Positions 48,410 to 60,521 are shown, counted from the whole stretch's first letter. The stretch is DNA of 63,035 nt, filler included, from Lenisia limosa (GCA_001655205.1; 15 parts of 15 records of this genome joined end to end with filler, not necessarily neighbours in it), one strand, 5' to 3'. Translations and numbers: made by a program. The notes: a model not told the origin generated them from the sequence alone.

Positions 48410-48476
48410 CAGTGACCGGGATAAGTCTTGACTATTTACATTTCCCAAGGAAAAGGTCAAAGCTTATCCCGCGCTG
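48410..48476. mobile_element. Tc1/mariner-type MITE (family C)
   Basis: TA-CAGTGACCGGGATAAGTCTTGAC...GGTCAAAGCTTATCCCGCGCTG-TA. Confidence 0.7.
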
Positions 48477-48659
48477 TATATGATATAAAAAAATAGATGG
48501 ATGAGACATTGTGGGATAACTATAAATGACTGCTATTGCCCCACCCCCCTCATTATATGACACATAATATGGCTCTTTTAGGCTGACACATAATATGGCT
48601 CTTTTAGGCTTTTAGGCTGTTTCTTGGAGAGTTGAAGAAGACTCTCTTCGGTCAAGAAA

Positions 48660-49886
48660 AATACTATTAATTCATCTTGCATGATGACATAATCTTAGAA
48701 AAACAGCTTGGAGGTGACAGGGCTGGCTCAAGCATAATATCCGCTGTCCTGCAGATGTTAGTATAAATACTTGGACATTTCACCAGTGAATAAATACTAC
48801 ATCTCACAAGTGTATATTTCCACGCAAAAGTCGAGTGGATATAGGTTAATATTTCGACTTGAAAGTCAGTCATATGATTGTCATATCGGTAGTTTTTCTG
48901 TCTATTCCTCTTGAACAGACTCCCTGCGTACCTGTAACAACTCCTCAACCTCCGAGCGAAGTTTGAAGTACGTCATACTCCTTCGATGGTTAATAACGTG
49001 CAATATTTAAAAGAAATATATTTTTTTAATTGTATCTGACCAAACCCGTTAACACCATCACGTTTATTGGGAATACTTTCCCCAAATACCCACTCCTCCG
49101 TGTCCTGGCCAAGCACGCCGATAACGACAAGAGGGTGGTTGCCTTATATGGAAGGTTTTTTTAATGGGGGCTACCTTATATAACAATCATTAATTAAAGC
49201 GCATTTTGTTCAGTTTGATAGCTACATGGGAGCTATTCCATCATTTTGCTAAAGATACCCACGCCTGCCATGTAGACTAATTATCGTTTCATTTCCCGCC
49301 TCGAACGTTTCACCAAAGTCGAGTTCAATCGCCCGGGTAGCCCCAGTGAAAAGTCTCGCAGCCTCCTCCTTGATTGCGCCCAATGATGATGTCGCAGATT
49401 GACGTCCTTGGAACAGTGCTCTGATGGGTAAATCTTGGGTATTTTCGGATATTGGTATTATTGTTTTTGAAAAAATTCTATTAAAAAGACAACTGAAAAA
49501 AAGCCTTTGAAGAACGCTAATACAGGATATTGATAAATTTAGTTATTTATGGGTATTCTACGGACATTGGAACAAACATTTAACGGGTTAAATAACAATA
49601 CCTGGGGCATAATACATGTATATCCCACCTTTTGTAAGTTTCAACATGACGTCTGCGGTCGTCTCTTGTGGGACCAGGCGGAAGTTGTGTAATATAAATA
49701 AGCTGGAGTATAGTTAGTATTAACCTGGGGTAGATGCATGTTGAGAAATGAAAATTAATAATAAAAAAGAAGCTGTGATATGAGGATCAACAGCAAGCAT
49801 GTTTTAACACCCCCAACCTTATGCACGGTATTCAGAGCGGCAACAAGAGGGTCATTGATTTCGGTGATGTCGGAGGAGGTAACTGT
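48660..49886 (-). CDS. Multi-exon fragment, unknown protein
   Basis: Open AG/GT exons at about 49265-49420 (ALFQGRQSATSSLGAIKEEAARLF...), 49090-49145 (NHPLVVIGVLGQDTEEW), 49625-49690 and 49820-49886. The 3' end is unresolved. Confidence 0.35.
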
Positions 49887-49986
49887 NNNNNNNNNNNNNN
49901 NNNNNNNNNNNNNNNNNNNNNNNNNNNNNNTTAATTAATTAANNNNNNNNNNNNNNNNNNNNNNNNNNNNNNNNNNNNNNNNNNNN

Positions 49987-50105
49987 TCACGCTTATAAGA
50001 GATATAGGATTATAGTATCTGGCCGAAGCCGTCAATCACGCTTATGAGCGATATTGGATTCTAGTATCTGGCCGAAGCATCCCGCACCCACGCCTATAAG
50101 CGATG
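49987..50105 (+). repeat. Head-to-tail array of the family B core
   Basis: TCACGCTTATAAGAGATATAGGATTATAGTATCTGGCCGAAGCCGT is repeated about 2.5 times. Confidence 0.75.
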
Positions 50106-50209
50106 CCATTGTATACAGCACCGAGGAGTTGACGCAGCAAAAAAAAGAAAACAATACATAATAATAACATAATACTGACAAAATTCATAAAAAAAAACGG
50201 GGTTTATCT

Positions 50210-50922
50210 GACGTAAATCTGGATTCTCTGGTTGAAGGATACCCCAGCGTTGTTGCCGTCCCCAACATACATGTCACTATCTCGGACCATGATATAGGAC
50301 ACGTTTCTAGGCAAGTGAGAAACCCTCCTCCCCTTAAAAATTCCCCTTCCCTTACGCGTCACATGGAAATCTGACTAGACGTGTGTGCGGTTCATCCACC
50401 ATAAACGTGAGGTTGTCAATTGCTACAGCAGTGAAACATACACACAGGGCTTCACTTCGGCTCCACATCCTTTCCCTATATTTTTCGATCTTATACATTG
50501 TAGATAGGGCTTCACTTCGGTTCGAAAAAAGACTGAATCTTTCGATAAATCCTCAAAAACTATCGATATTTAATGGTCTTTTTCAAACCGAAGTGGAGCC
50601 CTAATTGTGGATTATATATCATATATTATGATAAAAAAAAGCCTGACAAACAATCAGGAAGTTGGTCGCCATGTCCCGTGAGCGTTGTTGAGGAAGCCTG
50701 TGGGGATGAAAAACAAAGCCCTTCTGCAGCACAGAATCCCATCTCTCCAGCGTGAGGGTATTTGGAAACACAATGGAACGTCCCTCCAAAATCCCCCTTA
50801 AACTCCCCTAATACTTTCATTCCGCTACAGGAGCTTCCACCCCCGCCGGTCATCATTGAGATGCAGGTTGGATCAGACCACTTAAAGTGAACGTCCGACG
50901 AAGATCCAGAGGACTGGTTCTA
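50210..50922 (-). CDS. Exon fragments of an unknown protein
   Basis: Open AG/GT segments NQSSGSSSDVHFKWSDPTCISMMTGGGGSSCSGMK (about 50815-50920) and NVSYIMVRDSDMYVGDGNNAGVSFNQRIQIY (about 50215-50308). Confidence 0.3.
50505..50603. mobile_element. hAT-type MITE (family A1)
   Basis: TAGGGCTTCACTTCGGTTCGAAAA...AAACCGAAGTGGAGCCCTA with flanks ATTGTAGA/ATTGTGGA (7 of 8 match). Confidence 0.8.
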
Positions 50923-51284
50923 GTAAAAAATGGGAAACAAAAAAAAAACTTCAACTCAAAGTAATAAAACATGAAAATTATCGATATTTATCGAGACGTT
51001 AGTTTTCTTGGAAACAAAGGGAAGCTCTCAAAAAAGCTAATTTTATTTTATTGTTATATTCGAGGTGCTACTGTATGTAGAGATGAGAAATAAAACAAGG
51101 TTGCATCTGGTCAAAGCCGTCCACAGATATATTGGATTATAGCATCTGGCCGAAGCCGTTNNNNNNNNNNNNNNNNNNNNNNNNNNNNNNNNNNNNNNNN
51201 NNNNTTAATTAATTAANNNNNNNNNNNNNNNNNNNNNNNNNNNNNNNNNNNNNNNNNNNNATAATATATTATAATTATATCCAG

Positions 51285-52674
51285 ACACCCTACCTCTCCA
51301 CCCTTTGCGAGGTTGAGATGACCGCCTTGACCTGCAGCACAGTACTTGGCCGAAGTCTTCGAGACGCCTACCACACTTTTAAGTCAGTAGATTCATGAAA
51401 ATATTGCCAGGGGCATTTTCCCCTCAAACTCCTTCGTCTAGAATCATATTTTTGAACTCATATCACCAATTTTTACAACACCCACACCAAACCAAAAACA
51501 ATATTTTTTTTAGATATTACTTTTTTATTGTTTCCACTGACCTACCGCCCGATTTAACAACGCCCACAGCGCACGTACACCATCTCCCTCAGTGCGCGAA
51601 CTTGAGATCTATCTCCAGCAAATTGCCGTGGACTATTATAACCTGGTAAGCGCTGGGTTCCACTTCTAACAGGCTGCTAAATAAACTGAAACCCTGCTCG
51701 GGGTAGAAGGATTTATCCTAGAATTGCTGGGCCGATTTTGGTAGTTTTTGATTAAAAGTTTGGATTTGGTGCTCGGTTAATATTATAAAGTAATAAATCG
51801 TGTTCGGGGACCTGCTTTGAATCATGTTTTATTGCCCCCAGACACTTGTTTAACAGCCCATTTGTGGTTTTAATAATTACCCTCACAGGTTCTTGGAAGC
51901 GGGGATGAGTCCGTGCAGTACTGGACTTCCCTCTTACACAAGGAGGTGGGTGCGGTGTATTTTCATTGGGTAAGTCTTTATTATTTTTGCCTTCCAAAAA
52001 ATCGGCAATACTTTACACCAGCCTTATTTTGTTGCCTGGTTCTTTCGAGGGGAAAGGGTCAGATCTTCAAATATAATTCATCTTTTTGAATTTGGAACCT
52101 GAACCTAACTTCCTAGGTTCATCACATCTTCAACCACACACTTCAGCGCTGTAACATCCGACCACAGGCTCTGTTCCTTGCCCTCCAGGTATGCAGTGTT
52201 TTGAGCAGGGACTCTTAATATCTCTTTTTTTTTACATGCTATGGTATCATTGTTTCTTGCCAATAGGATATAATTGTGTGATATAATATTTACCATCGCT
52301 ATGTTTATATCTTATATCTGAAATACAGTGTGATACTTTGGGGATCTACTCTCATGGCAGAATTGGAAAAACCTCCTCCCCCCCCCCCCCNNNNNNNNNN
52401 NNNNNNNNNNNNNNNNNNNNNNNNNNNNNNNNNNNNNNNNNNNNNNNNNNNNNNNNNNNNNNNNNNNCAATTGTGCACGTCTTTCTCGTCTATTTGTTTT
52501 CCGGTTTATTCCTTATTCACTATGTTCTTCTCTGCCAAAGTAGAAGCAAACACCATCAGAAACATAACTTTTGCCGTGACTGCGAGCGGATTGACCACAC
52601 CCCCCTCCTCCCTTCGTATAGATGTCGGAGATCCGGTTTCCAGTGTCTTCGCAGACAACGGCCTGATACAATAA
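51285..52674 (+). CDS. CLU (clustered-mitochondria) central-domain-like protein, C-terminal part
   Basis: Spliced reading LCEVEMTALTCSTVLGRSLRDAY...YLQQIAVDYYNL|VLGSGDESVQYWTSLLHKE|...ALFLALQ. It resembles the VDxxNLVLGSxxES..YW segment I recall from protist CLU-domain proteins. The stop assignment is tentative. Confidence 0.55.
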
Positions 52675-53514
52675 GAGTTAACAGAATTTTTTCGATGGGA
52701 CTTGGTACATCTAATCCATTCACATTTTTGAAGGAGGATTCTTTGAAATCATCAGGGGAATGAGAAATAGGCGGGAATTTTACGAAGCCACAATGTCATG
52801 TAATAAACGAAAAATAACTATCATCAAATGTCCCTTTTTTCCAATTAGAGCAAACCTCGGAGAGTGGGAAAGAAGAGAACGAGAGCGAATATATAAAGTC
52901 AACAAAACACTAACGCTTTAAACACAACCCTTGACACCTTCGGTTTGTCCTGGGGAGATAGGTGGGGTAACAAACTTAAACTAGAAAGTCAAATGAACTA
53001 TTTCAAATATAATCCACTGAAAACATTTTGATGAAAACAAACTCGTCTCCGGAGCTGTTGACGAGGGCCTTAGGCTTCGCAACTGTCGGTGAAGACACCT
53101 TTGGTGCTGGGGAAAATAAATGAGGAAGAGCGGCGATCGGGGCAGATACACTCGAGGAGAGTGTTTTTTTTACTTTTCTGTATCTATGCTTCTTATTTGA
53201 GGAAATTCCGTTTGCTAAATGCATTTCAACCCCCTCCGTTGACTTCCTCTTTGACTGTTTTTTTGTGTTTCTTAAAATTTTCTAACCCCACCCGTAATAT
53301 TCCTTTTTCCCAAATACTTAGCCAACAAAGNNNNNNNNNNNNNNNNNNNNNNNNNNNNNNNNNNNNNNNNNNNNNNNNNNNNNNNNNNNNNNNNNNNNNN
53401 NNNNNNNNNNNNNNNNNNNNNNNNNNNNNNNNNNNNNNNNNNNNNNNNNNNNNNNNNNNNNNNNNNNNNNNNNNNNNNNNNNNNNNNNNNNNNNNNNNNN
53501 NNNNNNNNNNNNNN

Positions 53515-54466
53515 AATTTCGGCCATGTTAATCCCATTGTAATGTCACGCCTTGTGTCATTGAACGCCAGGTGAGCGGATAAGCCACATCTCACGATACA
53601 CCCGCCGCCATATAGTTTGTCATTCTTATCCCAACCCTGCACTATTACCCCCTAGACAATCCGTCCCCCCCACGTTCCCGAACCAAGGCGACGAGGCCGC
53701 AGTCCTCCAAGCCGGGCCGGCCTATTCCCTTTTGGCTGTCGGCGAGGCTTCGGCTCATTTGGAGGCTGCCAACATCGCTACTACCCCGCCTGATGCTCTT
53801 GTCAAGGTGGTTGGGAGGTAATGGCTTCCAGCCAACATTGTTGATTTTGGGCTTTTCTTTCTTTTTTTGTTTTCATATATTTACAATTAAACACACACCC
53901 CAGATTAGATTACACAGCCTTACCCCCCAGATTACGCATGCTGAATCAGTGGTCTCCAAGGCCTTGGCGTCGGGTAGAAAGTGGCATGCTTCTTATGGCA
54001 AACGTGGGGGGTAAGGCTAAACATAGTAATATGCTGGGGAGGTACGCAGAAATCTGTGTGTGCAGAGTTGTAAGGCAAATGAATGGGTATGATACTATAA
54101 TCCAATATCTCTTATTGGCGTGATGGTTTGGCCAGATATGTAGGGCTTTCCTTTGGTTCGAAAAAGACCGGTGAAATATCGATAGTTTTTAGTCGAGACA
54201 CAGTCTTTTTGAACCGAAGTGAAACCCTCTGTGCATGTATATGGCAAACAGGGGGGGGGGGAGGTTTAGACGATATAAGATATGACTGTATTGACCCTCC
54301 CATCTCCCTGGGCTTTTTTGTTTCATAATTTGTCCTCTTTTCTCAGCCACACACAATACGCCATAATTTGTTAGTTAATAACACCCCTCAGTTCTAGCGG
54401 TCCACAGCGACACTCTTCTAAGAGACTATCGCGAGCCTGAAGCCTTGACCGACTACAAACAGGCCG
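53515..54466 (+). CDS. Multi-exon fragment, unknown protein
   Basis: Phase-consistent exons: ...LVSLNAR|QSVPPTFPNQGDEAAVLQAGPAYSLL...DALVK|ITHAESVVSKALASGRKWHASYGK|PVHSDTLLRDYREPEALTDYKQAVA. Confidence 0.5.
54141..54229. mobile_element. hAT-type MITE (family A1), abutting a family B repeat
   Basis: TAGGGCTTTCCTTTGGTTCG...GAACCGAAGTGAAACCCT. No TSD found. Confidence 0.65.
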
Positions 54467-54903
54467 TGGCCGTAAGGGGAGTCGTTCTAATTTATACCGA
54501 ATGGAGGTGTGTAGATATGCAAGTGCAAGGAGGGGAGGTTAAGAACCTGATTTTTTTTATTATTTTTTTTTTCATCTCTCTACATACATAATAGGATATA
54601 ATATAATATACGTGTGCAATATACCTCTTTACTTTCACATCACATCATATACTGGAGNNNNNNNNNNNNNNNNNNNNNNNNNNNNNNNNNNNNNNNNNNN
54701 NTTAATTAATTAANNNNNNNNNNNNNNNNNNNNNNNNNNNNNNNNNNNNNNNNNNNNAGTGTGGAGGTGCGATGGAATTGTCATTTGTTTTAGGGCATCC
54801 CAATGTATTTATTTGTTTCCCTAGATTTCTAATGTCATATAATATTTTTCCTCGTAGAAAAACAAACCTTTGGACTCTTTTTTTTCTTCTTTCTAATGCT
54901 TAG

Positions 54904-56410
54904 GATGGATGAGTTTTCACAACAAGTGGTATTGTTCAAATCCTCAATCTACAGTGGGTACGTATTGTAGCTAGGGCTTCAATACAGTCCGAAAAGACTG
55001 GGGAAAAATCGATATTTATCGAGGATTTATCAAGAAACTCAATCTTTTTTGGGACACGTTGGGAAGCCCTAAATAACCGAATCATTTGACTGGTCCTTTT
55101 GCTTTTCAATTGGGAATTTATACCAAGAAACTTCTAAGTGAACAACTTCAGCAAATGGCTATCAGCTGTTTACCTATATTCCTCATTAACCTGCTTTTTT
55201 ATAAGGAGGAAGGCCCTCACTCTCAGAAACCACCATGGCTGATTTCTAGTTTTTCTGGGGTGATTGGAATTATCCGTCTGAGGTCCTTACATACTTCAGG
55301 ATCCTGCAAGACCATTAGTGAGTTCGACTGGAGTCTTCCGTCAGGCTTTTACAAGTACGCTCCGTTCTGCTTTATCTTGACCACTTTTTTAAACAAGAGA
55401 AATAATCAGGACTTAAGTCAGTGTATATGTTTATGGGATACTTTTTTTTTGTATCCCTTTTGAAACAACTTTGTATCCCTTTATATGATATTATGTTGTA
55501 CCCCAAGAAACATTATTTCTTGGTCTCTAAAACCAGTCATCTTACGATTTAGTTTGACTGGGGGCACCGAAGTTTTCTGTGATATGGACATGGAGGGCGG
55601 CGGATGGACTTTAGGTGGGAGGGCGGCGGTGTTTGGAGTACCTACACTGGGACTAGGGCTTGACTTCGTTTCGAAAAAAGAGTGAATTTCTCGATAAATC
55701 TTCGAAAACTATCGATGTACAGATATTTTCTTATTTTATTCTTTGTGTTATAATCCTTTTTTTCTAACTCCTTCCTCTTCTCATGACAATAACTTCATCT
55801 AATTTTACCAAGATCCTAAAATGATGGCAATTCTTATTGTAAACCTCTGATTCTGCATGCATAAAAAATGTCATATTGTATATCATATGATCACTTCAGA
55901 CATTTTTCCTAATTCGTTAAACACTTCAGCCTTTGCCCTGGGTAAATCTACGCCACCCTCATTGTAAGCATAGGGGAGTATCATAGTTAGAGCTTCCCTA
56001 CGGGCCTAAAAAGCCCTGCAAAATATTGATATTTATCGAGGATTTATCAATAAATTTTGTCTTTATTTCTGACCATAGGGAAGCACTAATCATAGTCTAT
56101 TAGTTGTACCATACCAATCATAGATAGTAAATCTCCGTGGATTATCATCAGAGGAAAATAGCAGAGAAGTATCATAGTATCTGTATATTATCAGTTGATT
56201 AATGTGGCACAATATCTGTGGAGGATCATAGAACCGAGGATAAAAGGATGGATTCACTTGGAAAAAGCTTCAAGGTACATTGAGATACTTGTCTTTTTTG
56301 ACCGAGTAGTGGAATGCATCAGCAAACAGAGGGCTTCAATGAGGACTTCCTGCGCTCTATTGGTCAGTCGATTCTGGACGGGAGCGTCACAGTAGATGCC
56401 AATACCCAAG
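54904..56410 (+). CDS. Protein with a fibrinogen-C N-terminal (SC...SGxY...FCDMxxxGGGWTL) motif; partial
   Basis: Exons about 55301-55355 and 55555-55613 splice to GSCKTISEFDWSLPSGFYNLTGGTEVFCDMDMEGGGWTL. Flanking exons are tentative. Confidence 0.65.
54972..55071. mobile_element. hAT-type MITE (family A2)
   Basis: TAGGGCTTC...GGGAAGCCCTA with the same internal core as the other copies. No TSD found. Confidence 0.7.
55988..56088. mobile_element. hAT-type MITE (family A2)
   Basis: TAGAGCTTCCCTA...TAGGGAAGCACTA with a perfect TSD ATCATAGT. Confidence 0.8.
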
Positions 56411-56959
56411 GTACTAAGGTTGAGGGAGGGTTCTGTCGGGCTGAGAAGAATGAATATTCAGCTACATACTTACATACTCTATTGACTCTATTTTCAACTT
56501 AAAAACGCAGAAGGTTGTTTTAGTCTCCATGTTTCAGACCCTCTTGTTTGGTGACAATAATCATCACTATGACAAGAATTATTTGAAATTTCAGTCTTTT
56601 TGTGATATAATTGACGTACTATGATGAACTTCTTTACACCTACTCTGTAGCGTTATTGAATATACTGGCCTGTCAGTTCTTTTTTGGATCATTATTTTTT
56701 TCATTATTATTNNNNNNNNNNNNNNNNNNNNNNNNNNNNNNNNNNNNNNNNNNNNNNNNNNNNNNNNNNNNNNNNNNNNNNNNNNNNNNNNNNNNNNNNN
56801 NNNNNNNNNNNNNNAACAAAAGTTTCGAAACCAGAATATCAAAATTGTTCGATTTGTTTAATTCTTCACATCTCTGAAAAAGAAATTAAACTACTACTTT
56901 AAAAAACAAGGTAGCACAGCCAACCCTTGTCATTCAATTCATCATCAGAGTAGCGTGTT

Positions 56960-57330
56960 CAAGTTCACGTCTCTTCATAAGATAGGCTTCCACTCCATCT
57001 TGGCTTTCACATTTCCACTGATAAAATCTTCAGCCTTTTTTTCATACATGAATTCAGTCAACAACTTTGAAAATCTCACTGAAAGAGATGTTCTTACTTT
57101 GCATGTTGAGCTTTTGTCTAGTTTGTCAAACTTAAGGTAATTCCATGCCAACGTACTTAATCACTGAGTGCGCAGGAGAGTTGCACTTTGTGACCTCGTC
57201 ACCAAACTGCACCATGGCTTGGATCACTCTCTTATCCTCACGAAAAACAACATATCCCTTAAACGTCTTTCCACCAGACTCGCCTTCAAAGTAGAAATCT
57301 GTGGAGTAGTTTTCAGGTTCAACTAATTTG
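56960..57330 (-). CDS. Possible C-terminal exons of an unknown protein
   Basis: Open segments TDFYFEGESGGKTFKGYVVFREDKRVIQAMVQFGDEV... and ...VRTSLSVRFSKLLTEFMYEKKAEDFISGNVKAKMEWKPIL*. The splice junction between them is not resolved. Confidence 0.3.
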
Positions 57331-57626
57331 ACTATTTGCCATCCTTCCCTCCCCCCTCGCTCCCATGTAAGGGACTCTTCCAAGGCTTGGCAATTTGTTT
57401 ATGTTAGCATATGATATTCTTTGACGAAATNNNNNNNNNNNNNNNNNNNNNNNNNNNNNNNNNNNNNNNNNNNNTTAATTAATTAANNNNNNNNNNNNNN
57501 NNNNNNNNNNNNNNNNNNNNNNNNNNNNNNCCGCCCCGCCCCCCTTTCCTCCCAATCCCCCCTCTATTTAACTCCACAGAAATATCGAAGATTTTATATT
57601 CCTCAGCTTGGCTCTCATTTCCTCAG

Positions 57627-58069
57627 AGCGGGAACACTGCCCTTCACGGGGTTGCTGAGAATGGACATCCGGAATGTCTCCAAGTTTTGACCGAAAGTAG
57701 CGCTGACGTGAATGCTGAAAACAATGTTGGTTTTCTGCTGACCACTTCATTTTTCGAACGCCGATTTACCGCCGCAGAAAAACAGGACACCACTTCACAG
57801 GGCTGCATTAAAGGGACATACGGACTGTTGTCGGCTTTTAATTGAGGCTGGAGCTGACCGGAACGCCAGAACTAATGTGGGACTTCACCATGGGCTCTGT
57901 TTTTTTGTTAAAAACTTGAACCGGCTTGCAACCGGCTTGTGCAATGTCATAATACGGATATTTTATTGACCCCTATTCGCAATAGGATGGACGGACACCA
58001 CTTGGATGGGCCGACAAGCAAGGAAAGCCAGAAACCGCCGCGTATCTTCGGAGTGTCGGCTGCGAATAG
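57627..58069 (+). CDS. Ankyrin-repeat protein, C-terminal end
   Basis: Three exons give SGNTALHGVAENGHPECLQVLTESSADVNAENN|KNRTPLHRAALKGHTDCCRLLIEAGADRNARTN|DGRTPLGWADKQGKPETAAYLRSVGCE*. Confidence 0.9.
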
Positions 58070-58970
58070 GCAAAAGTGGTTATTTGAAGATTACAATTGT
58101 ATTTTTTACGCTCAAGAGCCAAGGATGAAGGGGGGGGGGGAGCTGTCAAGGAAAGATGTCTTAAAAACTCATAAGCTAATCCAGAAAATAGAGTGGGCCC
58201 TTTTTGCTTTTGACAAAGGCCGCTAACAAAGACCAACCTGCTTAAAACTATTGTACTTTGTGTGTTTCCCTGTTCGCTTCGGTTCGGTAACCTATTTAGT
58301 GAAAATCGGTTTGGGAATTCGGTTCAGTAAATTGACATCGGTAAACCGACTTTAGAAAACAAAAAAAGCCACACCAATTTGAATCCACCAGCGCCATACC
58401 AATGTCACATATCACTTCATTATAATAATCATTTGGAATATTTTCGTGTTTTCATTATTTTTGCTTTTTGGAGGGTCCTTGCAATGACATCAATAAAAAC
58501 AAATTGATTTTTGGTGGCTAAATATCGGTTCCCTATGATTTTGTAATCTAAATTCTGTTCGGTAAATTGACCGAACAACCGAAGTGGAACACTTTTGACT
58601 GGGCACCGCCAAGAAAAAGAGAGTAATATACATCATTGCGAACAAATACAGGCATTCAAACACGTATCAAAAATAAAGGAAAACATAAACTCTGACAATT
58701 AGAGGGAATCGGGGATCAGTAGACCCAGAAGAGAAACTGCATCGGGGAACACCACCTGGACTAGTAAGCCTTTGGTTTTGGTTTCAGTCTCAGTTGTTTT
58801 TTAGAGTAAAGTTCGAATTTCACAAGATTTAGAACTGAGTGATATTTAGCCATTGTNNNNNNNNNNNNNNNNNNNNNNNNNNNNNNNNNNNNNNNNNNNN
58901 TTAATTAATTAANNNNNNNNNNNNNNNNNNNNNNNNNNNNNNNNNNNNNNNNNNNNCCCCCCCCCCCCAG

Positions 58971-60454
58971 CTTGATTTGGAAAGGCCCGCGTATGCGATG
59001 CGCTATTCACTCCGATGCCCCCGAACACTACACCGATAGTGAAGGCCGACAGGTGGACAGGGAGTGGGGGTTATGCTATATAATTGAATTTTTTTGGGGA
59101 ATAATAGAATAATAGTGTCTGAAAATCACTGATTGCGATACAGCCTGACACGGATTTGGAGCTTTTTTTTGTCAACCATGTATGTGCGAACATTTCGCTG
59201 TCTGTACTTGTTCAATCAATGTTCAGGGAAACAGATTTTAACATATTGATACCATAAACAAAATTACCCAATTTCATCAATGCCAGGTCTACCAGGGAGC
59301 CTCGGTTCAGCTTGTAGAACGCCTGTGTACGGCCACTGATGGCGGACAGGTGAAAGGGGGGGGGGGNNNNNNNNNNNNNNNNNNNNNNNNNNNNNNNNNN
59401 NNNNNNNNNNNNNNNNNNNNNNNNNNNNNNNNNNNNNNNNNNNNNNNNNNNNNNNNNNNNNNNNNNNNNNNNNNNNNNNNNNNNNNNNNNNNNNNNNNNN
59501 NNNNNNNNNNNNNNNNNNNNNNNNNNNNNNNNNNNNNNNNNNNNNNNNNNNNTTAGAAGACGTTGCTGATATGCACATGATTGAGGACGCCTCAACTGAC
59601 ACCCTACAACTGGGACATGTGGAGCTGAACTTCGACGAAATGGTTTGTGTGGTTATTACTACTGGTTGTATTGTTGGTTGTATTGTTGGTTGTATTGTTG
59701 GTTGTGATGGATGTTTTTATTGTCATGCTGGACTGAACTTTCGATGAAATGGTTCGTTCTGGGCTTGTTCAGTTATAATTTGTTCGCTAGTTTTATAAGG
59801 ATTGAAAATTCGGTTTGCTTGGTTGTGGTGGTGACCATTAGTTTTATTCTTCTATGCGTTTATAGTTATTGCTGTTCTGTGTGAAGGTTTTGGATGGCTT
59901 ATTCTGATTTACGGTTGTAATTGGTTTGTTCGGCAATACAAGAGTTTTAACGTTATCGGTTTTATTATTATCTAATAAGGCTAAACCGAATTGAACTTCG
60001 ATAGGAGCTTAGGTTGTGTTTTGACTCAGTTGTTTTCTTGCTTTTTTGAGTTACCAAATTAGGCAAGTTCTGACATTTACTTACTATATTAGGCAGGTAA
60101 CCTCGCGGGCATGGAACTGGCCGAAGATGATGACGTAATTGCCGTTCATCAAGTTTGGGGGAGGGGGTAATCCACATTAAGTTGAACTAAAATTTCTATC
60201 CCCCATGCACAAACCAAATTAGCTCACTTTACCGCAATAGCTCCAACAATCAACTATTGTTTCATGCCACACATTCCACCAAATATCACTAAACAAATTA
60301 GCTCCAAATTCCGACGCTTGAAGAGCGGTCCTTTGCTCCTTTCCTCCTCTCTGTCGGCGTAAATGAAATTGAAGTGGTATGCGATAGGAGGTGCTTCTAT
60401 GTTGACACTAAGCCGATTTACTCGCCACTGCAATGTCTATATTTCCTAGAAATC

Positions 60455-60521
<67 letters not shown>

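Noticed and set aside
58262-58592. Possible longer relative of MITE family A (CTTCGGTT...AACCGAAG ends)
   Set aside because: The terminal match is short and imperfect, with no TAGGG end or TSD, so it cannot be supported.
59555-59640. Minus-strand CPSC zinc-finger-like reading
   Set aside because: The frame is closed by stops upstream, and the plus strand gives a plausible exon within the cyclase-like gene.
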